Below, piece after piece: positions 1 to 9,588 of a stretch of 64,000 bases of DNA. This stretch comes from Candidatus Woesearchaeota archaeon (GTDB lineage Archaea > Nanobdellota > Nanobdellia > Woesearchaeales > GW2011-AR4): positions 633 through 64,632 of the forward strand of contig JACPMR010000011.1 in NCBI GenBank assembly GCA_016185945.1. Direction: 5' to 3'. The notes below the pieces were generated by a model. That model saw nothing but the letters and a program-made list of their open reading frames with translations, was not told the origin of the DNA and made no database searches. Made by a program: the position numbers and the translations under genes. The first letter of the stretch is position 1; the number at the start of each line of letters is the position of its first letter.

Positions 1-623
1 TGAGGATGCTTTTTTAAGCTATTCAGCAATAACTCCCGCCATCTCTTTAAATCATCAAGCAGCTGCTCATCAATCTTCTGCTTCTTTTTGCCTTTAAGCT
101 TCAGCAGAATTTCATTATTTTCCCCTTTTTGCTGCCATACTTCTTTGCTGAATGCCCATAAAATATCAAAATCCCCATCTTTTTGGCTTTCTAAGTCAAT
201 GAAAGCTACCTCAGCCTTCAAAGGCTCAGTAATAATCTCCGCATCCAATATGGCAAATTGCTTAAAATTTGTAAGAATGGCAAATTTTTTCTCTTTGTAT
301 GACGCATATTGAATAGCCTGCTGATAATATTGGTAATCTTTTCTTATATTGTGAGTTAGTGCTTTTGCTTCTATAACGAATTGAGTAACACCATTTAAAC
401 AAATCAGCATGTCGCTCCTTTTCCCACCCATACTGGTTTGAACCTTGAATTCAAGGGGATTGGTGGTGTCGTATCCTAATACAACATTAACGAATGGTTT
501 TATTAGGCTTTCAGCTATTTGGCTTTCATTTTTGCAGAAATCTTTATTGTCTTTAAGCCCTTCATACTTTTTGATTAAACCACTAAGATTTATTCTAGCC
601 TGTTCTCTTGTAAAATTGGCCAT
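1..623 (-). CDS. PD-(D/E)xK nuclease, type I restriction enzyme R-subunit N-terminal (HsdR_N)-like domain protein. Partial: ATG at 623, 3' end runs off the window start. Not in the ORF track because no stop lies inside the window.
   Basis: Manual minus-strand translation gives MANFTREQARINLSGLIKKYEG...DMLICLNGVTQFVIEAKALTH... with a D...E.K nuclease core typical of HsdR_N/Mrr-like domains. Confidence 0.45.
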   Translation of the reverse strand, partial: MANFTREQARINLSGLIKKYEGLKDNKDFCKNESQIAESLIKPFVNVVLGYDTTNPLEFKVQTSMGGKRSDMLICLNGVTQFVIEAKALTHNIRKDYQYYQQAIQYASYKEKKFAILTNFKQFAILDAEIITEPLKAEVAFIDLESQKDGDFDILWAFSKEVWQQKGENNEILLKLKGKKKQKIDEQLLDDLKRWRELLLNSLKKHP

Positions 624-663
624 AAATCAAGATTATCCTAAAACTCTATAAAAAATTTCCTCT

Positions 664-843
664 TTAGTGGCTCAGTTTAGCCTGCCTTTCACCCTTTTCT
701 TCCTTAATTGGCTTGCCTTTGTGCCATCCAGAATAATACATTATTGACTTTTCCTTTCTTACTTTAAAAATCGGCTTCTTTTTCTTTTTGGCTTTCTCTT
801 TTTCAACTTCCTTTTCCAGAATTTTCAAGAGATAATTGTCCAT
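664..843 (-). CDS. Small lysine-rich hypothetical protein (59 aa), immediately downstream of FTR1 on the same strand.
   Basis: Manual ORF: MDNYLLKILEKEVEKEKAKKKKKPIFKVRKEKSIMYYSGWHKGKPIKEEKGERQAKLSH. Below the 60-aa ORF-track cutoff. No homology recognised. Confidence 0.2.
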   Translation of the reverse strand: MDNYLLKILEKEVEKEKAKKKKKPIFKVRKEKSIMYYSGWHKGKPIKEEKGERQAKLSH

Positions 844-852
844 TGCTATAAT

Positions 853-1674
853 TTATGCACTAACCTTAACCCTAGAATTCTCAATCCTTCTAAATAGATA
901 GAATATAATTCCCAAATAAGAAGCATATGCAATCACTTCCAGCAGGCTTGGGTTTCCATTGTAGCCGAACAACCCTTTCAAAAAGCCTCCAATCAATCCT
1001 TTTTCGCTCAAGATATTGTTTATGTCAAACAAAGGAGATATTATGCCGCTTACTACTCCTGCTTCCTCAAACTCGTGGATTCCATGCGCCACTAATCCGG
1101 CTGCAAACAAAATAAGCAAAATGCTGCTGATGTTAAATAATTTTTTCAGGTTAATCTTTCTTGTGCTTACAAAAAACAAATAGCCAACGATAATGGCAGC
1201 AACAATTCCCAAAGTACCTCCAATGAGATTAATTCCGCTCGCATAATTAATCGCATTTAGGAAAATAACAGTTTCAATGCCCTCTCTTATGATTGCGATA
1301 AATATAAGCATGAATATGCCTATATGAGAAAATAATGGCTGTGTGCTCATCAGATGCTTCTCAACCTTTCCTTCAATCTCTTTTGCAATGTGCCTTTGCT
1401 GCATCATCCAAAGAATCATTGTCGTAAGCAAAAAAGCACCAATCAGCATTGTGATTCCTTCAAAAATCTCCTCTGCCTTTCCTTCAAAGCCGCCGGCAAA
1501 AAACATGAAAAGCATTGCAGCAATTATGCTTGCAAGAACCCCAAAAACAATGCCATAGTAAACTGTTTTCCTGTAATTTTGATTATTGGTTTTGTTCAAG
1601 TAAGCAAGAACTATGCCGACAACCAAGCTTGCTTCCAATGTTTCCCTTGATGTTACTAAAAATGATTCAAGCAT
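853..1674 (-). CDS. FTR1/EfeU-family high-affinity iron permease.
   Basis: Two REXXE motifs (SRETLEA, IREGIET) in a polytopic membrane protein. Start moved to the internal Met (MLESFL...) because the longer ORF-track N-terminus overlaps an upstream small gene in another frame. Confidence 0.75.
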   Translation of the reverse strand: MLESFLVTSRETLEASLVVGIVLAYLNKTNNQNYRKTVYYGIVFGVLASIIAAMLFMFFAGGFEGKAEEIFEGITMLIGAFLLTTMILWMMQQRHIAKEIEGKVEKHLMSTQPLFSHIGIFMLIFIAIIREGIETVIFLNAINYASGINLIGGTLGIVAAIIVGYLFFVSTRKINLKKLFNISSILLILFAAGLVAHGIHEFEEAGVVSGIISPLFDINNILSEKGLIGGFLKGLFGYNGNPSLLEVIAYASYLGIIFYLFRRIENSRVKVSA

Positions 1675-1684
1675 TGTGCCTCTT

Positions 1685-1858
1685 TTATTTGCGATATTGG
1701 TTTGAAAGTCTGTAGTGACTTGCGCCAGTAGCAGCGTCATAGCCAATAGAACCAGCCGCAGCACCTATAAAAGCACCTGGAATTCCACCAAATCCAGCAC
1801 CTATCGCCGCGCTTACTGCTACAACTGCAGCTTCGGCTAATGTTTGTTCTAAACCCAT
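1685..1858 (-). CDS. Small Gly/Ala-rich hydrophobic peptide (57 aa) with GxxxG-type repeats, directly upstream of FTR1.
   Basis: Manual ORF: MGLEQTLAEAAVVAVSAAIGAGFGGIPGAFIGAAAGSIGYDAATGASHYRLSNQYRK. Ends 10 nt before the FTR1 start. Confidence 0.35.
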   Translation of the reverse strand: MGLEQTLAEAAVVAVSAAIGAGFGGIPGAFIGAAAGSIGYDAATGASHYRLSNQYRK

Positions 1859-1995
1859 CTAAACCACCTTTACTTAACAATTGTTAATTTTGGAATAAGA
1901 AGCAATATTTAAAGCTTTCTGAGTGCTTTCCTATATACGTTCAGAATAGTGCGAAATTCGTTATAACAGAAAACAAATGATATGCAAATTAAATC

Positions 1996-2159
1996 CAAAC
2001 AACTTCGCTTCCCAATATCTGCAAAACTATAATGGGAACCCAGCTCAGGAAAGTATGCTTATTGTCTCGAATAAATAGGCGCGGAGGAGAAGCACAAAGG
2101 AATGCAATCTCCACGGCAGAATGCCGACGCGCAGTAAAGTTTGCCGCAGGCGGTTTGAA
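1996..2159. repeat. GC-rich MITE-like element, full-length copy in inverted orientation relative to the copy at 26316..26477.
   Basis: The reverse complement aligns at about 75% over about 165 bp with 26316..26477, with shared termini TTCAA(T/A)CCGCC...GAAGCGA(A/C)GTTGTTTG(A/G). Confidence 0.6.
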
Positions 2160-2177
2160 AAAATAAGATAATCAAAA

Positions 2178-2639
2178 TTACAAAGCACCCTTTAAAGTAT
2201 CCTTGATTATGGCAGGGCATATCCTTGTCACTCCATCAATCCCTTTTAATTTGTCAGAAACAGCCCTTAGTTCATCATCATTTTTTGTCCAAACCTCTAG
2301 CATGAACATATGATCTCCTGTTGTGGATGCAGCAAACTTTACTCCGTCAAATTCTGCCAGTTTCTTTGCCACATCAAGGTATTTTTCAGGCGTTACATCA
2401 ACGCCAATCAAAGCCCGGTGTGCAATACCTATTTTATTTGTATCAACAACCAAAGAATACTTCTTGATAATGCCTTCGTCCTCAAGCTTTGACACTCTTT
2501 TCCTTATTGTTGACTCAGAAACTTTTAGCTTTCTAGCTATCTCCATGAACGGTGTTCTGGAGTTTTTGGAAAGTGTTTCTATAATGCCTAAATCTAATTT
2601 ATCCACAAAACCACCCAAAAAATAAAAAAGTTTAATCAA
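2178..2639 (-). CDS. Lrp/AsnC-family transcriptional regulator.
   Basis: N-terminal HTH (LDLGIIETLSKNSRTPFMEIARKLKVSESTIRKRVSKLEDEGII) plus a C-terminal RAM-type ligand-binding domain. Confidence 0.8.
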   Translation of the reverse strand: MIKLFYFLGGFVDKLDLGIIETLSKNSRTPFMEIARKLKVSESTIRKRVSKLEDEGIIKKYSLVVDTNKIGIAHRALIGVDVTPEKYLDVAKKLAEFDGVKFAASTTGDHMFMLEVWTKNDDELRAVSDKLKGIDGVTRICPAIIKDTLKGAL

Positions 2640-3343
2640 GCAGCATGCTTGAACAAAACATATCTCTTGTCTACACTGACATAATCTGATTTTGTCCTCG
2701 CATCAAGCTTGTCAAGCAAAGTGTTTAATGCAATGAATGAAACAGTAATGCCGCCTGCAAACAACAATCTCTCAAAAATCACAACTGGGATTAAAGCAAC
2801 CCATGCTGCTGGTGTCATTGGCACTATGTAATTCCACATTGCACCTCCGACAGAATGCGCTGTAAAAGTTGCTCCCAAGCTTTTTAGGAATGCTCTTTCC
2901 CCGTACTTTTTCGGCAGCAATTTGATAATTATCGGTATTGTCCAGAACAATGTGAAGAACCAGACTTGCCTGCCGACTGGGTGAGCAACAAACAATATAA
3001 TTGCTGCAACTGGAACCAAGAAACTTACCTTGTCATATTTTTTAGTTCCAAAGTACCATGCTGCAAAAAGCATCGGCAATAACCTCAAGGTATTGACTAA
3101 AGTAAATGCTTTACCTAATAACAGATAACTAGACACTTCTGCAATCAAAACCGACAAAACTCCTACAACTGAGCCGAGAAACGCTCCTGCAACCGGGCCG
3201 AAAAACTGAAACAAAGTGAAGAACTGGTTTTCAGCCCCAACAAGCTTTGAGAAATTTATCCTGTCGCCAACAAAAACCAAAACGCTGAAAATAAGCAAAA
3301 ATATCAATCCCTTTGCCGTAATCAGTTTATTTAATTTCATCAT
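2636..3343 (-). CDS. Polytopic membrane protein, possibly a substrate-capture or ECF S-component-like transporter; 4-nt overlap with lrp.
   Basis: About 6 predicted hydrophobic helices. No diagnostic motif. Confidence 0.35.
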   Translation of the reverse strand: MMKLNKLITAKGLIFLLIFSVLVFVGDRINFSKLVGAENQFFTLFQFFGPVAGAFLGSVVGVLSVLIAEVSSYLLLGKAFTLVNTLRLLPMLFAAWYFGTKKYDKVSFLVPVAAIILFVAHPVGRQVWFFTLFWTIPIIIKLLPKKYGERAFLKSLGATFTAHSVGGAMWNYIVPMTPAAWVALIPVVIFERLLFAGGITVSFIALNTLLDKLDARTKSDYVSVDKRYVLFKHAA

Positions 3344-3367
3344 ACCACCAATGGCTTTGGTAAATAG

Positions 3368-4252
3368 TCAGTTTAAATAATTTTCTGTTTTAAAATCTGC
3401 AAGAAGGTTCACTAACTCTTTGGCCAATTCAAGGTTATGAAGCGTTATATACTCTATGTTCAATCCCACTGGTATTTTTACATCAATTCCATCAAGAAAA
3501 CTGAAAATTTTGTTTACTAATTCTATTATCACATTTATGGACTCTTTGCCTGTGTCATCTGCAAACCTTAATCTGCTTTCTGTTTTCTCCGTCATATGAG
3601 CTCCAAGCCATTTAATAAACGCAATGTCCTCAGAATTGGACACAGGCGAAAAGCTCAAATAAAATTTTGCAGGCTTTAAATTAAATTCATTACATTTTCT
3701 TGAGTATTCTTTTAGAACATTTACAATTTTATCTGACTCAAACAAAACCTGGCTGGTGAAAAAATTGCATCCAGAAGCTGTTTTGCTTATTAGCCTGTCA
3801 GCCTCATTATCCCTTTCAGGTATGAAAATGTTGCCAAAATTGATTTTTTTGTTCTTTGCAATTGAATTTGCTTCTATAATGCTTGGCCCAGGGTACTCAA
3901 AAGAATTGATTTTCTGCCCCACAAACACAAAGTTTTTGATTCCAAATTTGCTGATGCTTTCATCAAGCCATTGCTCAAATTTGTCTTTAGAATTGTGGTG
4001 CACAACAACTGTATTAATTATTATCTCTCTGCCGCATCTTTCCCTTAGCTTTAATCCAAACTCCCTAGTATCAATGTTTTTATAATAAGGCCGTCCAAGA
4101 TGATTTTCTTCAACTATTTCAGGAATGTTTAATGTTGTGACATTTTTCATGCCTTCCAAGGCATTCGTTATTTTGTCTATAATCTTTCTCGCATACGCCT
4201 CAGAGGCGCTTTTTGTGCATGGAATAACCTCAAAAACTATGCCTCCTTTCAT
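3368..4252 (-). CDS. Methylenetetrahydrofolate reductase (MetF)-like TIM-barrel protein.
   Basis: Length and the motif CNFFTSQVLFESD resemble MetF QFFFD. Sits next to metE. Confidence 0.4.
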   Translation of the reverse strand: MKGGIVFEVIPCTKSASEAYARKIIDKITNALEGMKNVTTLNIPEIVEENHLGRPYYKNIDTREFGLKLRERCGREIIINTVVVHHNSKDKFEQWLDESISKFGIKNFVFVGQKINSFEYPGPSIIEANSIAKNKKINFGNIFIPERDNEADRLISKTASGCNFFTSQVLFESDKIVNVLKEYSRKCNEFNLKPAKFYLSFSPVSNSEDIAFIKWLGAHMTEKTESRLRFADDTGKESINVIIELVNKIFSFLDGIDVKIPVGLNIEYITLHNLELAKELVNLLADFKTENYLN

Positions 4253-5421
4253 TTTTGTGATTCTTTTCTTGCCAGCTTTGCCCCTTCAACCATGCTTTGC
4301 AATTTGGCGAATGCAACTTCCAAGCTTCTTGTCCTTAATCCGCAATCAGGATTTACATATATCTTATCCTCACCTAAGACTTTAGAAGCATATAGAATTC
4401 TGTCTCTCACCAATTCAGGCGGCTCAATAAAATCTGTATGGACGTTTAGTACTCCTAAACCTATTCTGCCTGGCACATTATGCTCTTTAAACAAATCCAA
4501 AATCCTGTAGCCGATTCTTTTTTGTCTGTCCATGCCAAGATTTGTAGTATCGGCGTTTGCAAACTCCCATGCGTATTGATAGCAGTTCTTCATTTCAAGA
4601 ATGCCTGGGAAAAATACCTTATAGTCGCTGAAGCACATATGGATGCTTGCCTTTACATCCAAGCCTTTAACAGACTCATTGAAAGTTTCAACTACCAAAT
4701 CTACTTCATCTGGATAAGTAGTGGCAGCAGGCTCATCAATTTGCACCCATTTTGCGCCATTTTTGACAAGGGCTGCAATATTGGGCCTGATAACATTTTT
4801 TGCAAGCGCCAAAGCCATTTCCCTTCTGTCTGTTTTTTCAGAGCCAAACAGTCCAAAAATATCAAAATCCTTATTTTTCTCTCCATAAAACTCATTGTAA
4901 GACCATTCTGCCAATGTATACGCCCCCGTTATAGGCACTTTTAATTCATGCTCTGTCTTATCCTTCAAAAAAAGAAACTCTTCAAGATGATATGGGAGTT
5001 TGAATGACGGCTCTGCTATGCATGCTGCTTTCCTGTACTTCATTACATCAAATGACCTTACCAAACCTTTAAATTCAAAACCATCTACATCACTGATAGG
5101 ATCTTCATACATCTCAACCCTTGTTTGCTCTCCGTCATAAATGATGTCAAGCCCAGCCTTTTCCAAAAATCCAAGCGCAAATATCTGTGATTCTTCTTTT
5201 AATTGTCTCCTTAGTTCATCTTTATCTTTTTCCTGTCCGTTTTTTATTTTTTGTATGATATCAACTACAATTGGTATTCTACCTTGTAGATTCAGCTTTG
5301 TGCACCATTTTTTAAGCTCCTCAATGTCATTTTGAGTTGTCTTTCCTGTCAATCCTTTAACACGCCAAGACGGCTTTTGCAAGCTTCCGATTTCCTGTGT
5401 CGGGAATAAGGGCAATGTCAT
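4249..5421 (-). CDS. metE: Cobalamin-independent methionine synthase, archaeal short form (MetE C-terminal catalytic domain type).
   Basis: N-terminal PTQEIGSLQKP and the overall UroD-like MetE catalytic-domain pattern. Confidence 0.8.
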   Translation of the reverse strand: MTLPLFPTQEIGSLQKPSWRVKGLTGKTTQNDIEELKKWCTKLNLQGRIPIVVDIIQKIKNGQEKDKDELRRQLKEESQIFALGFLEKAGLDIIYDGEQTRVEMYEDPISDVDGFEFKGLVRSFDVMKYRKAACIAEPSFKLPYHLEEFLFLKDKTEHELKVPITGAYTLAEWSYNEFYGEKNKDFDIFGLFGSEKTDRREMALALAKNVIRPNIAALVKNGAKWVQIDEPAATTYPDEVDLVVETFNESVKGLDVKASIHMCFSDYKVFFPGILEMKNCYQYAWEFANADTTNLGMDRQKRIGYRILDLFKEHNVPGRIGLGVLNVHTDFIEPPELVRDRILYASKVLGEDKIYVNPDCGLRTRSLEVAFAKLQSMVEGAKLARKESQK

Positions 5422-5422
5422 T

Positions 5423-6412
5423 TTAGTCCCTCAATAAGTGTGCTGCCTTTGCCAAATTCTCGATTTTCTTTATCGCTATTTGCTGTGGAACTAACTCCAA
5501 GGGCCTGTTAGGCACCAATGCTAAACCTTCGGGATTTATTGTGTCTTGTATTTGTCTTGCATACTTAACGATGGCTTCAGGCTTCTCAATCAATGAATTT
5601 TTCGAATTTATTATTCCAATTTCAAGAAATTTTTTAGAATCTGCAAACTTTCGGATATTTGTTGCATAAGCATCAAAACCTATCCTGTTGACAGGCAGTT
5701 CAAGCAATTCTGGCAGAAATTTGGATACATCCCCATTGTATAAATGCAAACTTGTAATAGCTTTAACGTCTTTAGTCGCTATGCGCAAAGACTCGTTTAT
5801 AATGCTCCAAAATGATTTTGCTTCATCAGCGTATGCAATGCAAGGCTCGTTAAATTGCACAAAAGAGATTTTGCTTTCTTTCTCTAATCTATGTATTTCG
5901 TTATTTAGAATTTTTGCTATGTTTAATAACACCTCAGCAAAAATATCATTTTTTATTGTTCCATCTTCATTGCGATGAATGCCATCTGAAAGATATGCTA
6001 AAGCAAACGGGCTTGGCAGGATTATTTTTCTTTTTCCTTCTTGGGTTTTGTTTATAAATTCTGTATCGATGATTTCTTTGCCATTTCCAATTTTATTAAG
6101 AATTATGGGTTTCCTGTAAAAGGTATTTGTGTATATTTGCCTTGTTACAGGATTTTCATTGGCGTTGCTGTTCTCCCTGTGCAACTCAAGTGCAATAGCT
6201 ATTTGCCTCAGAAAATCATCCCAGAACAACTGCCCGTCTGTAACGTAATCAAGCCCAAGGTTATGCTGTAATTCTATAAGCTCTATAGTCTCTTTCTCAA
6301 GTATTTTATAGTAATCATCTTTTGTTACTCTCCCTTTTAGCCAGCTGCTTCCGGATTCCAATGCAAAATCGGATCTTGGAAATATGCCGTTTAGATATGC
6401 TTCTACATTCAT
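5423..6412 (-). CDS. MetE N-terminal-domain-like paralog, encoded as a separate gene.
   Basis: UroD/MetE-like fold signature (DGQLFWDDF...). Adjacent to metE. Confidence 0.55.
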   Translation of the reverse strand: MNVEAYLNGIFPRSDFALESGSSWLKGRVTKDDYYKILEKETIELIELQHNLGLDYVTDGQLFWDDFLRQIAIALELHRENSNANENPVTRQIYTNTFYRKPIILNKIGNGKEIIDTEFINKTQEGKRKIILPSPFALAYLSDGIHRNEDGTIKNDIFAEVLLNIAKILNNEIHRLEKESKISFVQFNEPCIAYADEAKSFWSIINESLRIATKDVKAITSLHLYNGDVSKFLPELLELPVNRIGFDAYATNIRKFADSKKFLEIGIINSKNSLIEKPEAIVKYARQIQDTINPEGLALVPNRPLELVPQQIAIKKIENLAKAAHLLRD

Positions 6413-6794
6413 ATATGGGTTATTTTAACTTCTCTATATAAATAATTTTGCCAAATTTATTCCTAAAGGAATATTTGAAATTATATTTTATTTTTTGATT
6501 AATAAAGTGAGAATCATTTCAAATTAATATTTTAAAAAATAATCAATTAAAAATATAAAATCAATCACTTGGTTTAAAACAATGATTAAATCATTTTTCC
6601 ATCACGTGGGCTTCCCTGTAACTGCTATTGTGATGAGGGAACCACAGCCTCTTATATCTGCACTTGATTGCTGGGATAAAAAGTGCCTCAGCAAAAGCGG
6701 TTTACTTTCTTTACTTATAATATATAAAAGTCGCTCTCCTGATTTTTGGATTTTTATTTATTATAATTGTTTTAATATATCTTAAAAATTAAAT

Positions 6795-7304
6795 TTAAAA
6801 ATTCTCTGTCAGATAAACAGAATAAGTTTTGCCTTTAGCTTCTCTTTTAACCAAATGCTTTTTCTCAAAATCTGTCAGTATTTGGCTTACTTTTGCTTTT
6901 GATAAGTCTGTCCTGTACCTCAAAGTTGATTGTGTAATACCACTCTGTTCCTTGATTGCCTTTAGCACCTTCTGCTCGTTTTCATCCATTGCTTTCAATA
7001 TCAATCCGAATTTATCCTCTCCTATCTTCATGTTCTTTTCGTCTTCCAGCCTTTTTAGAATTGCTTCCTCGCTTGTGCTGAAAAACAGCAGGTAAACACC
7101 CAATGCTGCAATAAAAGAAATCAAACCGACTGCTATATGGCTTAAGCCAAGCAATGACTCAACCCTCTGGCACTCGCTTGTTGGATAACACTGCAATGCA
7201 GTTGTCTGCCTGCCTAAAACACCCAAAAATCCAAATGCCAATATGGTTGCAACTATGCTGAATGACAGAATCACAAACCCCAGCTTCTTATTTTCCATCG
7301 ACAT
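6795..7304 (-). CDS. Membrane-anchored winged-helix (MarR/PadR-like) transcriptional regulator.
   Basis: Two N-terminal TM helices followed by a wHTH (SGITQSTLRYRTDLSKAKVSQILTDFEKKHLVKRE). Confidence 0.5.
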   Translation of the reverse strand: MSMENKKLGFVILSFSIVATILAFGFLGVLGRQTTALQCYPTSECQRVESLLGLSHIAVGLISFIAALGVYLLFFSTSEEAILKRLEDEKNMKIGEDKFGLILKAMDENEQKVLKAIKEQSGITQSTLRYRTDLSKAKVSQILTDFEKKHLVKREAKGKTYSVYLTENF

Positions 7305-7497
7305 CTGTTATATTTATTTTGCAGTATATAAATTTTTTGGAGGATTTAAGCAGATTGTGTTAAATGGGTTCCATCAAGCGGCATAAACCTTTAACATTTA
7401 GGGATGATATACCAGTATTGGTATACACAATACTGAATACCACCAGACAATAAAACCAGCACAACCTTTTTAAACCACTACTTTTTACGATGTGCGG

Positions 7498-9588
7498 GTG
7501 AAAAAATTCAGAACATTAAAAAGACAGAAAATACTAGTAACATCTGCATTGCCGTACGCCAACGGGCCGATCCACGTAGGGCACCTAGTTGAATACATAC
7601 AGACAGACATATTTGTCAGATTTCTAAGATTAATTGAAGAAGATGTTTTGTATGTCTGCGCTGACGACACCCACGGAGCGCCTATTGAAATAAAGGCAGC
7701 AGAGTTAAAAATAACCCCAGAGCAATTAATTGCAGATGTCTATAAGGAGCATGTTCAGGACTTCAAGGATTTCTCAATCAGCTTTGACAATTACTACACA
7801 ACAAACAGCCCGGAAAACAAGCATTACAGCGATTTAATATTCCTGAGATTAAAGAATAAAGGCTACATTTACACAAAAGACATTGAAGTTACTTATTGCG
7901 AAAACTGCAAGAGAACATTGCCGGACAGGTATGTCAAGTGAAAATGCCCAAAGTGCAATGCCCCTAATCAATATGGGGATGTTTGCGAGCAATGCAATGC
8001 AGCTTACAAAACCATTGATTTAATAGAGCCGTATTGTGCAATATGCAAAAACAAGCCAATCAGAAAAACTTCAACCCACTATTTCTTCCAATTAAGCAAA
8101 TTCTCAAAAAAGCTTGAGTCATGGCTGACAAAAAACAAAAACTTGCAGCCGGAAGTAAAAAATTTTGTCCTGAACTGGATAAAAAATGGATTGGAGGACT
8201 GGAACATAAGCAGGGACGGCCCTTACTTTGGCTTCAAGATTCCAGGGGAAGAAAACAAGTACTACTATGTTTGGCTCGATGCCCCAATCGGCTACATTGC
8301 AAGCACCGATAATTATTGCAAGAAGCACGGCTTGAAGACAGAAGATTACTGGAACAGCAAGGATGCGGGAATCTATCATTTCATCGGAAAGGACATTACT
8401 TACTTCCATCTCTTGTTCTGGCCTGCAATGTTGATGGGTGCTGATTTTGAATTGCCTCAAAGCGTTTATGTCCATGGCTTTTTGACAGTCAACGGCGAGA
8501 AGATGAGCAAAAGCCGGGGAACTTTCTTCACCGCAAGGGAATTTCTGCAAAAATACAACCCGGAATATCTTAGGTTTTACTATGCGAGTTTGTTGAGCAG
8601 GAATTTGTCGGATATAGATTTAAGTTTTAATGATTTCAGGAAAAAAATCAATAATGAATTGGCTTCAAACATTGGAAATTTCTGCTACAGGGTTCTGAAT
8701 TTCCTGAACAAGCATTTTGGCGGGCAGGTCAATGGCTTGGACAATAACAAGCAACTAACCAATGAAATCAAAGAAAAAATCAAAAACATTGAAAAAAATT
8801 ATCATGACTTGAATTTCAATGAAGCTGTCAAGGATATATTGCATATTTCTTCGCTCGGCAACAAGTATTTCCAGGAAAGCGAGCCATGGAAATTGATTAA
8901 AGAAGACAGAGAAAAAGTTAATAAAATTCTTGGCTTGTGCGTGAATATTGTCAAAAATTTAAGCATTTTAATACAGCCAATTCTGCCGGATTTTTCGTCA
9001 AAGCTGCAGCAGCAATTAAATCTCAAAAACCTTAACTGGAGCAGCCTTGGTTTTGAACTGAAAAAACATAAAATAGGAAAAGAGGAGATTTTAATCAATA
9101 AAATTGAGGAGGAAGGGCAAAAGCCGATATTCCCGCTTAATTTAAAAGTTGCAAAGATAGTTGAAGTAAGGCAACATCCGAATGCCGACAAGCTCAGCGT
9201 CTTGGATATTGACTTAGGCGCTGAAAAAAGGCAGATAGTTGCTGGATTAGTTGGACACTACTCAAATGAGGAATTGAAGAACAAAAAAATAATTGTAATA
9301 ACCAATTTGAAATATGCAAAGTTAAGGGGGGTTGAAAGCCAGGGAATGCTGCTTGCCGGCGACGACGGAAAGAATGTCGGCTTATTAACTGTTGAGAAAA
9401 GCAATCCCGGCGACAGGGTTTATTTTGAAGGGTACGAAACAGGCAGGGAAGAAACAAGCTTTGACAGCTTTCAGAAGATAAGGATGCATGTGCAGAGTGG
9501 CAAGGCATATTTTGAAGGCAGGGAATTGAAAACAGACAAGGAGATTGTAAAAGTGGAGAAAGCAGCAGACGGAGCAAGAGTCAGATAG
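7498..9588 (+). CDS. metG: Methionyl-tRNA synthetase with a C-terminal EMAP/Trbp111 tRNA-binding domain. The reading frame is interrupted by a single in-frame TGA at 7939..7941 (ORF-track fragments 7492..7941 and 8143..9588 are one frame).
   Basis: HIGH motif PYANGPIHVGH; KMSKS motif; zinc knuckle KCPKC...CEQC colinear with E. coli MetRS; tRNA-binding C-terminus. TGA aligns to the conserved Gly of VKGTCPKC. Confidence 0.85.

Noticed and set aside
88-651. Two plus-strand ORFs (88..312, 445..651).
   Set aside because: Low-complexity translations, antisense to the well-formed HsdR_N-like nuclease gene on the minus strand.
7939-7941. Global alternative genetic code (UGA=Gly code 25, or UGA=Trp code 4) as the explanation for the in-frame TGA in metG and rtcB.
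   Set aside because: TGA clearly terminates several well-defined genes here (the gcvT stop overlapping the gcvH start, gatA, trmO, the 49974 membrane ORF). Nearly all other genes are intact in the standard code. The second rtcB stop is TAA.
7939-7941. Selenocysteine insertion at the metG TGA.
   Set aside because: The position aligns to a structural Gly, not a redox Cys. No SECIS-like hairpin or Sec machinery is seen in the window.
8119-8550. 143-aa minus-strand ORF and other antisense ORFs inside metG, gcvP, the 767-aa ATPase gene and elsewhere.
   Set aside because: Each is fully embedded antisense in a strongly supported conserved gene with no motif of its own. Typical shadow ORFs.
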